Of a DNA stretch of 64,000 nucleotides, positions 29,490-38,823 are shown piece by piece (position 1 is the stretch's first letter; the number at the start of each line of letters is the position of its first letter). The translations under genes were made by a program, and so were the position numbers. The notes beneath the pieces were generated by a model. The model saw only the letters and a program-made list of their open reading frames with translations. It was not told where the DNA came from and did not search any database. Where the stretch lies: NCBI GenBank assembly GCA_040776945.1, contig JAXGZN010000002.1, positions 736,001 through 800,000 of the forward strand, written 5' to 3'. The stretch is from Methanomassiliicoccaceae archaeon. Lineage in GTDB: Archaea > Thermoplasmatota > Thermoplasmata > Methanomassiliicoccales > Methanomassiliicoccaceae.

Positions 29490-31028
29490 TCACTTGGCCT
29501 GGTAATGCTCCTCCACCGAATAGTGGCCGATCTCCCCGAAGGTCCGGAGTCCTTCGGCCTCGATGGTAGAGACCGCCCCGTGCCCGCAGCAAACCAGCAG
29601 CCTTCGGCCATCCGCCTTGGCGCGCATATCCAGTTCGGCTCCGATCTCCAGCAAGGCCCTGCGCTCCAAACGCGCACGCTCCGAGTCGACGTTCACGGTG
29701 GTCATGAGATTCTTGGCCAGCGTAGCGAACTCCTCCATCTCGGGAGTCAGGGAATCGAAATTGATGAGGCAGTCCCCGGTGAGCAGCAGTCCCGCTTCCG
29801 AACATGCGAAAAAGACATGCCCGTGCAGATGGCCTCCCAGCGATTCCAGGACCTGGAACCTCAGTCCACAGATGTCGATCTCGTCGATGATCGGAAGGCC
29901 GCCACGCCTGGCGGCCGACGCCGGCGGCAGCAGCTTGACGTTAGTGGGCGGACTGAAGTGGGAGAATATGTTTATGAACTTCGTGTACACCTGCCCGAGG
30001 ATGGACCCCTCCATCTGCGAGCCATAGGCGCGGTTCGCCGCGTGGATGATGTCCAGTGAACCTGCGTGCATTATCGATTGGGCATCGTACAGCGCTCCCC
30101 CTCCGGAATGGTCAGCGTCAGCATGGGTGATGTAGATGCCCTCGAGCTCCCTTGAATCTATCCCGAAGCGGGCCAGCATTTCCACGATCTCACGGTGATA
30201 TATCCCAAAGCCGGTATCGAACATGGCCGTCCGCCCGTCATTGCGGAGCACATAGACTGAACCCCCGCACGGCAGTTGGAAGCAGAACAGCTTGCCCCCT
30301 CTGCCAATAGGGATGATCTGATATTTTGAATAGAACCCGGAGCCGGTCGTCTGCCGGAGCGTCCTCCCGGTCTGAAGTATCGAGCGGAACACCATGTGAG
30401 GATCGTGCCCCTGCGAGGTCAGCTCCTGCGCGATATGGTTGGAATCGTGCAGCAGGCGGAACAAGAAGTCCTCGTCCTCGGTGCCGATGATGTCCCTAAG
30501 CTCCTGAGCGAAGCGGATGTAGAACACAGTGTCGTCCAGCTTTTTGCCGGTAGAGTCGTACTCGAGGATCTCCAGGCGCCACCGGAGCTTCAGCTCCTCC
30601 AGCAAGCGGTAGGCCACCGTGTCGTTCTCCAGAGTTAGCGCCACTGTTAGGCGCCCGGGATGCTTCCCTCGGTCGTCGAAGTCCAGGAACGCGATGTTCG
30701 CGCCGGCTCCAGTGGTGTGGCCGAGGAACTCGAAGAGCATCCCCGGCTCGTCCGGCAGGTATACCGAGAACTTGAGGTATCTCAGGGTCGCCAAGGACGT
30801 TTGCAGGTATCCTATGGCCTGCAGGTCCCTGGTTATCTTCTCTGGCGCGTCCTCGCCCGCGTCGACCTGCCAGAAGACGATGTGGGGATCTATCCGCCGA
30901 TCATAGTCGACGCGGTGTATGTTGCCCCCGTGACTCTTGATGATCTCAGCGGCCCGGTGCAGTGCCCCGGGATCATCAGGCATTCTGGCGATGAACGAAA
31001 AGGTCCTCACGTTCCCTTGTAGCCTCAT
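29490..31028 (-). CDS. ACT-ACT plus metallo-beta-lactamase fold protein
   Basis: PDDPGAL and PDEPGML ACT motifs; THADADH, GGH, LTGD. Confidence 0.85.
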   Translation of the reverse strand: MRLQGNVRTFSFIARMPDDPGALHRAAEIIKSHGGNIHRVDYDRRIDPHIVFWQVDAGEDAPEKITRDLQAIGYLQTSLATLRYLKFSVYLPDEPGMLFEFLGHTTGAGANIAFLDFDDRGKHPGRLTVALTLENDTVAYRLLEELKLRWRLEILEYDSTGKKLDDTVFYIRFAQELRDIIGTEDEDFLFRLLHDSNHIAQELTSQGHDPHMVFRSILQTGRTLRQTTGSGFYSKYQIIPIGRGGKLFCFQLPCGGSVYVLRNDGRTAMFDTGFGIYHREIVEMLARFGIDSRELEGIYITHADADHSGGGALYDAQSIMHAGSLDIIHAANRAYGSQMEGSILGQVYTKFINIFSHFSPPTNVKLLPPASAARRGGLPIIDEIDICGLRFQVLESLGGHLHGHVFFACSEAGLLLTGDCLINFDSLTPEMEEFATLAKNLMTTVNVDSERARLERRALLEIGAELDMRAKADGRRLLVCCGHGAVSTIEAEGLRTFGEIGHYSVEEHYQAK

Positions 31029-31309
31029 CGACTGCTTAAACGTTGCCGGCCAAGAGCGCGCACGCGCATGGATGGATCATCGACGGATCATGTGAAGCCG
31101 CCCGATCTCAAGATCTCATGCGCTCGATAATCCATTCGATGTCTGCGAACGGTCTGCTGAGCTATGTTGTCTATTTTCAGACACAAAATGTGTTATGATT
31201 AATAATCTTGCTATTATCTTGATAAGCTTTACTAATATATTGATTAGTTAAATAGCTCCTGATACTGACCAATCGGCATCAATATGTCCCACGCGGCAAT
31301 CAGGAGACT

Positions 31310-31696
31310 GTGGAGACAGAAGAACTGAAGCTCATCCTCTTGATCGCGTTCGGGGGAGCTATAGGCAGTGTGGGCCGATACATGGTCCAAGGGGTCCTGA
31401 CCAAGGGCGATTTTCCCTGGGGCACGTTCGCCGTGAACCTTATCGGGAGCTTCTTGATCGCCATGCTGTTCTTCCTGTGGTCCCAGGGGGACGGTGTTGG
31501 TTCAATCGCCAGAGCTTTTTTGTTCATCGGCGTCCTCGGTGGATTCACCACGATGTCCTCTTTCTCCCTGGAGACCGTTAACCTCGCCACCGGAGGGCAA
31601 TGGCCGTGGGCAATGGCGAACATGTTCCTCAATGGCGGCGTGTGTGTCCTGGGGGCCTTCCTGGGAAGAGCGGCAGGACTGCTGGTAGGAAGTTGA
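31310..31696 (+). CDS. crcB: Fluoride channel FluC/CrcB
   Basis: GGAIGSVGRY, FPWGTFAVNLIGS, GVLGGFTTMSSF. Confidence 0.93.
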   Translation: METEELKLILLIAFGGAIGSVGRYMVQGVLTKGDFPWGTFAVNLIGSFLIAMLFFLWSQGDGVGSIARAFLFIGVLGGFTTMSSFSLETVNLATGGQWPWAMANMFLNGGVCVLGAFLGRAAGLLVGS

Positions 31697-31699
31697 TAT

Positions 31700-32027
31700 A
31701 CCCGATAGAGAGTGCACTTCGGTTAAGGCTATGTAGGCGAGGCCGATCGGATCGAAGGAATGCTTGCCTACAAGGCGGCGGTCCATCTCCCAAGTGAAGA
31801 GAGTAAAAGGGCGCTATGGTCGCTCAAAGGGCCTACGGGTTCGGGAAGGGTGGCCTGCTACAATCTGCCTCACCATAACGTCTCTTGACCGATCTCCCGA
31901 GCTCATTGAGGCCGTGGACTCAGAACAGAAGATTTTAGCGGTCGAGCCCAAGAACAGGGCGAATGTTTTGGACAGTTCTGTCACCTTAGAGAAGATCGCT
32001 GAGGTCGGGAACCCCTTCGTAGTATGA
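31700..32027 (+). pseudogene. Frameshifted DUF190 (PII-like) gene following crcB
   Basis: Fragments LRLR / VGEADRIEG.LAYKA / GFG / LIEAVDSEQKI / VTLEKI lie in different frames. Confidence 0.6.
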
Positions 32028-32475
32028 CGAGGGGGCCCGTTATCTTCAATATTTTTTCCCTTGGTCTCTGCTTCCACTCTAGGATCGTTCCCGATATTTC
32101 TCCAAGAAGATCCGACGAGCTATCGAGACTCCTGATCGCCAATCATTTGATGTTAATCTAACAGCTTATTTATCTAATGTCATATCGTATATAGATAAAA
32201 TATTTAATGTATCATCAATACGACTATGATTTGACCGATCATTCAGGGCTTTACATGGTATTCTTAGCCCCGATCTTCCATCTTTTCGTAAACGTCACAA
32301 AGCTCATTCAGGAACTGATCATAGGTCCTTCGGAACTTCAAGCGGTACAAGCGGTCCCTCGTTGCCGGGGATATCTGTATGCTCGTCTTCGGCTCAACGG
32401 CTTTTTCTTCCATTTTTGACGTTCTCCTTGTAGACGGGCATCAGGGTCCCGCCCGATCATATGTGTTATTGAAAT

Positions 32476-32503
32476 TATAGATATAATTGTTCTTATAGAA
32501 ACA
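32476..32503. other. dif-like Xer recombination site candidate
   Basis: TATAGATATAA-TTGTTC-TTATAGAAACA (11-6-11 with inner TATAA/TTATA inverted arms) in a long AT-rich intergenic gap. Confidence 0.35.
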
Positions 32504-32996
32504 TACAATATATTCATAACCAATAATATCAATTGAACATTGTTACAATTTATACATTATAGTCAACAACGGTCTCCCGAATATCAAATTGATTTGGACC
32601 TTCCATTGTACAATTTTGCGTACTACGCAATTTTTCCTCACTTAATCATTATCTGATATTAGAATAAATAATCTATGAAGATGCCGGGCAATGAGACGCT
32701 AATTGCTTTCCGAGGAGTAAAGGAGCTGCACGATCCATGGAAAACAAGGATGAAAAATGGTTAAAAATCCTGGATAAATAGCATATTTATCGGGGATTTT
32801 CAAGGTTATTTTTATGTCGCTGCAACCCCACGCCTTGATCGTGATCGAAGAACGAACCTCCGCCTATCAATCAAGGTCGAAAGCTATCCAAGTAGATGAT
32901 GTTGTGATTTTTCAAACGATAAGGTCTTTCATTCAAGAAACGAGCATAAAAAGGATTGGAAGGGGTTTATTATTGCTCCTTAGGCGCGCAGCGGGA

Positions 32997-33539
32997 TCAG
33001 GCCTTGATCAGCAGCGGCAGCACCTGCTTTCCCTTGAGGACGAGCATCACGATCGCCGCGGACATGTAGAAGGCAATTAGCGATACGATCATCCATAGGA
33101 CGCCCATGATCTCCTTGGTGCCGTCGGTTCCCCAGAACCATGCGGCAGTGACAAAGAAGCTTATCACTGCAATGCCAAGAAGTATGGGGAGGAGCTTGAC
33201 CGGTTGTGCCAATGAAAGCAGCATGTCGATGAAGACGACTATGCCGATAAGAACGCACAATACGGCGGCGCCCTCTCCAGACGGCGGAGGCATGATCGTA
33301 AAGAAGAATATCGCCAGAGGTCCGAACAATGCTGTTCCGAGCAGGTTCTCGTTAAAGAACATGAGTATGGCGGTGACCAAGGACAAAAGACCGACCCATG
33401 GGCCGATCGCTATTACCAGGCTAATAGTATCCATTCCTAGGCCGAACGTTGCCAGCGGGAAGGTGAACATCGACAATGTCAATATTCCCATAACATCGGC
33501 CATTGCTATCTTCATGTGTGTGTTCGATTCTTCTGCCAT
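32997..33539 (-). CDS. SatP/GPR1/FUN34/YaaH-like small membrane transporter
   Basis: 6 TM; N-terminal KIAMADVMGIL; F..ENLLGTALFG. Confidence 0.6.
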   Translation of the reverse strand: MAEESNTHMKIAMADVMGILTLSMFTFPLATFGLGMDTISLVIAIGPWVGLLSLVTAILMFFNENLLGTALFGPLAIFFFTIMPPPSGEGAAVLCVLIGIVVFIDMLLSLAQPVKLLPILLGIAVISFFVTAAWFWGTDGTKEIMGVLWMIVSLIAFYMSAAIVMLVLKGKQVLPLLIKA

Positions 33540-33908
33540 TTATTTTCCTCCCTTTCCTTTGGCATGCTAGGGCCGTGACGGTGATGGCATAGAGCTGGGT
33601 CGGGTGCCGTGGTTCCTTATCGTTGTGGACACCAAAGCCTATGCTCCTGCCTTGTCAGGCACCTTGCCGCCAAGGAAATCCCGCTTCCTGAATGTGTTTG
33701 GTATATTAAATTTATTATTATAGGTTAAGTCCGTTAATACTTCTATTCGTCCTATTTGGAATAAGGCCTACAAATATAATTTATAGTGTTAATATGAAAG
33801 GAATCTCGCAGCTCGTTAAAGCCCTCTCTCGTGACTGTCCCTATGATCACTGCCGCCATCCAAATGCCGATCTATTGGCGGTACAAATGAGGGCGGATCA
33901 GGGTCGCA

Positions 33909-34733
33909 TCAAGGCGCTGGAACCCTTCCGATCTCATCCAGTGCTCTGAGGTACGCTTTCCTTCGGGACTCATAACCCTCCCTGTTCGAACCGAACGGAA
34001 CATATTCAGAGACCTTCCATCCACTGGACACCAGGCGGCATTTTGTATCGTCGGCGAGCCCCTTGAGGAAGCTTAGCTCCATCATATCGCGATCATGGAA
34101 CCTGCGCTGGACCCATTCCAGGAGCTCGGGGTCATGGGTCGCTACGCAAAAGGGCACATCCCTGGAAATTATCTGCTCCACAAGGTCCTTGTAAGCCTCG
34201 GATATCAAGGTGAAGTCGCGGATATCCCCTGTGTAGGTGCCCTTGACAAGCCTGATCCTGGCTCCGGCATCGAGCATTCTCTCGATATCACGAGGGGTGC
34301 GGTTCAGGTATGCTTGAAGCGCCACCGTGATCCCCAGGCCTGAAAGGGCGAGATTCTCCGCCATCTCCAGGGTGAGGTCCACCATCCGCTGGCCTTCCAT
34401 GTCCAATTCGAACCCCACATGGAGCTCATTGCTTCTCTCGCAAATAGCTCGAACGAACCTAACGGTATGCTGCCTCCCGACGGTGCCTCCCAGGGTGGAT
34501 GGTTTGACCGCGATCGATGCTCTCAGCTGTCGCCCTTCGATCTCAGCCAACAGCTGCATGTAATCATTGACGGAACGGCGAGCTTTCTCCTCGTCCTGGC
34601 CATAGCGTCCCAGAACGTCCATGATGCAACGGATCCCCTGCTCGTTCCTTCTAAGGCACCATTTGAGCGCGGCATCTTGGTCTGGAAGGGTCCATCTGTC
34701 AGGCATCGGACCTATATTGAGCGCTCGTATCAA
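33909..34733 (-). CDS. Proline dehydrogenase (monofunctional)
   Basis: IAVKPS.LG, LDME, LQAYLNRT, IRLVKGTY, VATHD, YVPFG. Confidence 0.85.
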   Translation of the reverse strand: MIRALNIGPMPDRWTLPDQDAALKWCLRRNEQGIRCIMDVLGRYGQDEEKARRSVNDYMQLLAEIEGRQLRASIAVKPSTLGGTVGRQHTVRFVRAICERSNELHVGFELDMEGQRMVDLTLEMAENLALSGLGITVALQAYLNRTPRDIERMLDAGARIRLVKGTYTGDIRDFTLISEAYKDLVEQIISRDVPFCVATHDPELLEWVQRRFHDRDMMELSFLKGLADDTKCRLVSSGWKVSEYVPFGSNREGYESRRKAYLRALDEIGRVPAP

Positions 34734-34738
34734 AAAGG

Positions 34739-35566
34739 TTAGGAGCCTCCCTCGTTCAGGGTCCTCGCCTTTCGCTTCCTGGGGTCCCTCGTTCTGGAGG
34801 CGGCGAGATGTTGAACGCTGTTGAAATCATCCAATCCGATTATGGATGCGTGGCCGCTCCGCACCAGATATCCGTCCCATCTCCGATAGCCGGCATAGGC
34901 TGGATTATGCAGGATCTGACGTATGGAGTATATCGTCCACAATGACCCTCTCCGAGTGAGAACCCCCCGTCCGTTGAGCGCCTGAGCGATATCGTTCATC
35001 GAACGGCCAGAGAGATAGGATGAAAATATCTCCCGTACCACCTCCGCCTCGCCATCCCTTAGGACAAGGTCATTGCTCTCAATGTCGTAACCGAACGGAG
35101 GGTTGAACCCCAAAAGCCCCCCCGACTCGGCCTTCTGAGCCATGCCCATGTAGGTCCTCTCCCCGATCTGCTCCGACTCCAGCTGGGCTATCCTCTGGAT
35201 CATGTCGACGACGAACCTGCCGATGGAGGTAGAGGTATCCAGTTCTTCCCACATCGAAGTGAACTTCTTGTCCCATCTCTCTAGGTCCTCCATCATGATC
35301 ATGAAGTTCTTCGAGTTACGATGGATGCGGTCCATCTTGAGGACGAGGATATTGTCCCAACGGTCCTTCTCCGCCATCATCCTCTTGTACTCCTCTCTGT
35401 TGGACACCTTCCTGCCAGTATGGCCGCGGTCCACATATATTCCAGCGATCTCCCATCCCTGAGCCTCGCAATATGCGATCAAGCGTTCCTGCTGAGCCTC
35501 AAGGGAGTAACCCTCTTCGGCCTGCTCCTCGGTGGACACCCTGATATAAATTGCGGCCCTAGTCAT
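34739..35566 (-). CDS. Serine recombinase (resolvase plus recombinase domain), copy B
   Basis: YIRVSTEEQ, KMDRIHRN, PPFGY, ILHNPAYAG. Confidence 0.92.
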   Translation of the reverse strand: MTRAAIYIRVSTEEQAEEGYSLEAQQERLIAYCEAQGWEIAGIYVDRGHTGRKVSNREEYKRMMAEKDRWDNILVLKMDRIHRNSKNFMIMMEDLERWDKKFTSMWEELDTSTSIGRFVVDMIQRIAQLESEQIGERTYMGMAQKAESGGLLGFNPPFGYDIESNDLVLRDGEAEVVREIFSSYLSGRSMNDIAQALNGRGVLTRRGSLWTIYSIRQILHNPAYAGYRRWDGYLVRSGHASIIGLDDFNSVQHLAASRTRDPRKRKARTLNEGGS

Positions 35567-36449
35567 CCGCAGCCACCTCCACCTGGCGATGCGATGCTCC
35601 CTGCCTGTTCCTGCGCCGCTCCTCCATCATGTCCTGCACCAAATTGAACGAGCTGGGAGAGACAAGCTGCGTGTGCCCCAGCGGCACGAGGTGCCCGTCC
35701 CAACGGGCGTACCCGCAATATAGAGGGTTTCGCAGAATGGCACTTACCGTCTGCTTGCTCCACCTGCCTCCCTTTTTCGACGGGATGCCTCGGCCGTTCA
35801 GGTCACGGGCGATCCCATCCAGGGAATGGCCTGAGATGTAGCTATGGTAGATGAACGGAACGACCCCGGCCTCCCGGTCATGGGCCCTGAGGCCGCCGTT
35901 CTCGATGACATAGCCATATGGATCGGGGCTCCCAAGGTATCCGGAGGCCTCCTTCGCCTTTTGGAGCATGCCTATCTTGACCCTCTCCCCGATCTGCTCC
36001 GATTCCAGCTGGGCGATCCTCTGGATTATGTCCATCACGAATCGGCCCATGGCCGAGGTGGTGTCGAACTTCTCCTGCATCGAGCTGAACTGCTTCTTCC
36101 ATTCGTTCAGGTCGTCCATCATCTGGGTGAAGTTCCTCGAGTTGCGATGGATGCGGTCCATCTTGAGGACCAGGAGGACGTCCCAGAGACCTCGTTCGGA
36201 CATCATTCGCTGATACTGGGGGCGGTTCACGTCCCGACCGGAGTACCCCTCGTCGACATACTCTCCGCTGACGCTCCATCCCTTGGCCTTGCAGAAGGCG
36301 TTGAGCCGTTTCAGCTGCGCTGGTATGCTGAACCCTTCCCTGGCCTGATCATCGGTAGAAACCCTGGCATAGATGGCGGCACGCAATTGAACGACACCTC
36401 TGCCCGGTGATGGTCCCGGGTGCATCCCAAAATCGTATCGGCTGCTCAA
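35559..36449 (-). CDS. Serine recombinase (resolvase plus recombinase domain), copy A
   Basis: YARVSTDDQ, KMDRIHRN, DPYGY, ILRNPLYCG; true start may be GTG near 36396. Confidence 0.92.
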   Translation of the reverse strand: MSSRYDFGMHPGPSPGRGVVQLRAAIYARVSTDDQAREGFSIPAQLKRLNAFCKAKGWSVSGEYVDEGYSGRDVNRPQYQRMMSERGLWDVLLVLKMDRIHRNSRNFTQMMDDLNEWKKQFSSMQEKFDTTSAMGRFVMDIIQRIAQLESEQIGERVKIGMLQKAKEASGYLGSPDPYGYVIENGGLRAHDREAGVVPFIYHSYISGHSLDGIARDLNGRGIPSKKGGRWSKQTVSAILRNPLYCGYARWDGHLVPLGHTQLVSPSSFNLVQDMMEERRRNRQGASHRQVEVAADD

Positions 36450-36592
36450 GGTTAAGTTTTCCTATCTGAAAACGGCCGCGTGCATAACATCTTCTTAATT
36501 GATTATTATTTTAGCATGTAACTTTTCTATGTTTTCTATTATATCTATCATCTTACGCAATGATTTAATCTGATATCCACAATCGTTTCATC

Positions 36593-37009
36593 ATGGCAGA
36601 GAGCCCAGAATCCAAGATGGCAAGGCTCCGAGAGGAGTTCGGAGGCTTGGTGGACGACGCCACCATTCGCCGCCTGGTTCTGGAGGACAGAGGGAACAAG
36701 ATGGCAACAAGCAAGTTAGCGGACCTGAAGGACAGGGAAGAGGTCTCTGCAGTGGTCAGAGTAACTAAGATCAACAACGCCAGGACATTCAATAAAAGAG
36801 CTGGCGGACAGGGCAGGGTGAGGAACATCGATATAGAGGACGATTCCGGCAACTGCCGCCTTACGCTATGGGATGAAGATGTTGAGCTTCCAGAGCAGAT
36901 GGAGATAGAGATCGGCACGCAGCTCGTTCTAACGGATTGCTATGTGAAAAAGACCGATTTTGGTACCGACATCTCAAAGGGGAGGAAAGGAAAGATAGAG
37001 AAGCTATAA
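36593..37009 (+). CDS. Single OB-fold ssDNA-binding (RPA/SSB-like) protein
   Basis: KLADLK, RTFNKRAGGQGRVRNIDIEDDSGNCRLTLWD. Confidence 0.85.
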   Translation: MAESPESKMARLREEFGGLVDDATIRRLVLEDRGNKMATSKLADLKDREEVSAVVRVTKINNARTFNKRAGGQGRVRNIDIEDDSGNCRLTLWDEDVELPEQMEIEIGTQLVLTDCYVKKTDFGTDISKGRKGKIEKL

Positions 37010-37319
37010 TACTTTAGCTTATAACTTTATAACATTATTAACTATAACTGATGACATTATCGGATATATTAGAATTAGATTATAATATACTGGCTGCATA
37101 CAGTCCTCCTCTCCTCAAGCACGGCCTTGTGCAATTGGGCCGGTCATATCGTGGTCACTTACGCCGTTCCCCTAACAAAAGTGATCATGACGGCCCCTTC
37201 GAGTGTTGATGCCTGATGACCTGCACAAGCGGATCGGAATGGTAATGGGAGAAAAAAGGATCGAAAAATGAAAAAGAGGAAGAGGCCGGGAGGCCTCATC
37301 CTGTATTCAGGTTCCAACC

Positions 37320-38675
37320 TCAAGGCTTCCTCGGCCTGGTCATAAAGAACGCCAGGATGCCTATGGAGATCGCTCCCAAGGCTACGAAGAAGAAGCCTAG
37401 GTACGGGGCCTTGAAGAAGAAGTCCTGGATCAGACCGCCGCCTTTGACTTCCGATGTCAACTTGGCAGTATAGGCATCGATGGACTTGATCTTGTCACTG
37501 ACCACCTTCGCGTCCATAGGGTCCATGGAGACCTGGCTGCCAAAGAGGGCGGTGACGTACCCGGCCTCTTCGGGCAGGGCAGGCATGCTGCCGCCCATGT
37601 TCATGTACATTCCGGCAAGGAATCCCTCGTCCTGGGAGTACAGGAACGTGGCGCCGTCATTGACCTGGATCTTCATGTACTTCTTCAGTTCGCCGTTCAC
37701 AGTGTGAGTGACCAGACCGTTCATGCACCGCATCTTGATGGGTTCGACAGTGCTGTTGTACGGCCCGAACTTGCCGTTCTTGATCTCCCCGTCCGGACTG
37801 TTCAGTTTCTCAAAGCTTATGGGGAAGTCCGTGGCCCCGGTAGCGTTCCTCAGCTCTTCGGTGAATATCTGGGCCTTGATATCATCGGTCAGCCCATGGG
37901 CGTTCACGTGGCCGTTGACGCTGCCTGCGACCGTCAACGCGGTCTCGTTGGTCCACCAGGTCTCACCCTGGACCACCGGCGCCTGGAACAGGTCCAGAGC
38001 CGGCGTGAAGTCCATATACAGGTCGACCCCGGCGACGGCCTCGAAGCCCACATCGTAGTCTTTGTACGAGATGATCTGGACGCTTCCGGTGGTATTGATG
38101 TCAGGTATGTTCTTGGCATCGATCTCAACGCTCAGAGCGCCCTTGAAGGACCAAGTGATGTTGGTGATGGCCATGCTGGTTTTCTCAACGGTCGCGGTCC
38201 CGGTCAGCACCACGCCCATCTTCTCTTCCAGGTCGATGCTCACGGTCTTGGCCTCCTTGGCCACGGTCGACTTGGGATCGAAGGGGTTGTCATAGACGCC
38301 GTATGTGCCGGCCACCGGCATTCCTCCAGTGACCTTAAGGTTGGCCGATGTGGCGAACCGGAAGGCCATCTTGGCCGTGATGGAATAGGTCGTCGCCGTT
38401 TCGCCGGTTATCTCGAAAAGCACGTAGTAGGCCACCTTGGAATCGACGCTTAACCGATCGATGGTCACGTTGGCCTGGCTTTTCAACAGGTTGTCGATAT
38501 AGCTTAATTTGGAGGTGACGTTGGCTCCGAGGTCAATCTCCTTGCCCATGCCCCAGCGGTCGCCCACCTTCAGGACCGGATCGGAGGCCGAGGCCGTACC
38601 CAACGGCACCATGACCATGCCGAGGAGGAACAACCCGACGACCATCAACGTGGCCGCAGATGTGATCTTGCTCAT
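37320..38675 (-). CDS. Secreted, C-terminally membrane-anchored surface protein
   Basis: Signal peptide, beta-rich body, C-terminal TM followed by a basic tail. Confidence 0.75.
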   Translation of the reverse strand: MSKITSAATLMVVGLFLLGMVMVPLGTASASDPVLKVGDRWGMGKEIDLGANVTSKLSYIDNLLKSQANVTIDRLSVDSKVAYYVLFEITGETATTYSITAKMAFRFATSANLKVTGGMPVAGTYGVYDNPFDPKSTVAKEAKTVSIDLEEKMGVVLTGTATVEKTSMAITNITWSFKGALSVEIDAKNIPDINTTGSVQIISYKDYDVGFEAVAGVDLYMDFTPALDLFQAPVVQGETWWTNETALTVAGSVNGHVNAHGLTDDIKAQIFTEELRNATGATDFPISFEKLNSPDGEIKNGKFGPYNSTVEPIKMRCMNGLVTHTVNGELKKYMKIQVNDGATFLYSQDEGFLAGMYMNMGGSMPALPEEAGYVTALFGSQVSMDPMDAKVVSDKIKSIDAYTAKLTSEVKGGGLIQDFFFKAPYLGFFFVALGAISIGILAFFMTRPRKP

Positions 38676-38823
38676 AGTAACCCAACCACTCGTTTTTCTA
38701 GCCCTAGCGGTCGGGAATATTAGTAAATGACGTGCCCGGATGCGTGAATTGGTAAGCAGAATGATATTATCTTTGGAAGAAAAATTGGAAAGGGAAGGGG
38801 TTTTCGAGGATTGTTGTCCCCGA

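Noticed and set aside
31200-31310. Fluoride riboswitch upstream of crcB
   Set aside because: The consensus GGxGATGxxxTCxCC...GCTxATGAC elements were not found
32030-32995. Replication origin in the long AT-rich gap
   Set aside because: Only one poor ORB-like string (TCCATGGAAAACAAGG, ~32734) and no orc1/cdc6 nearby
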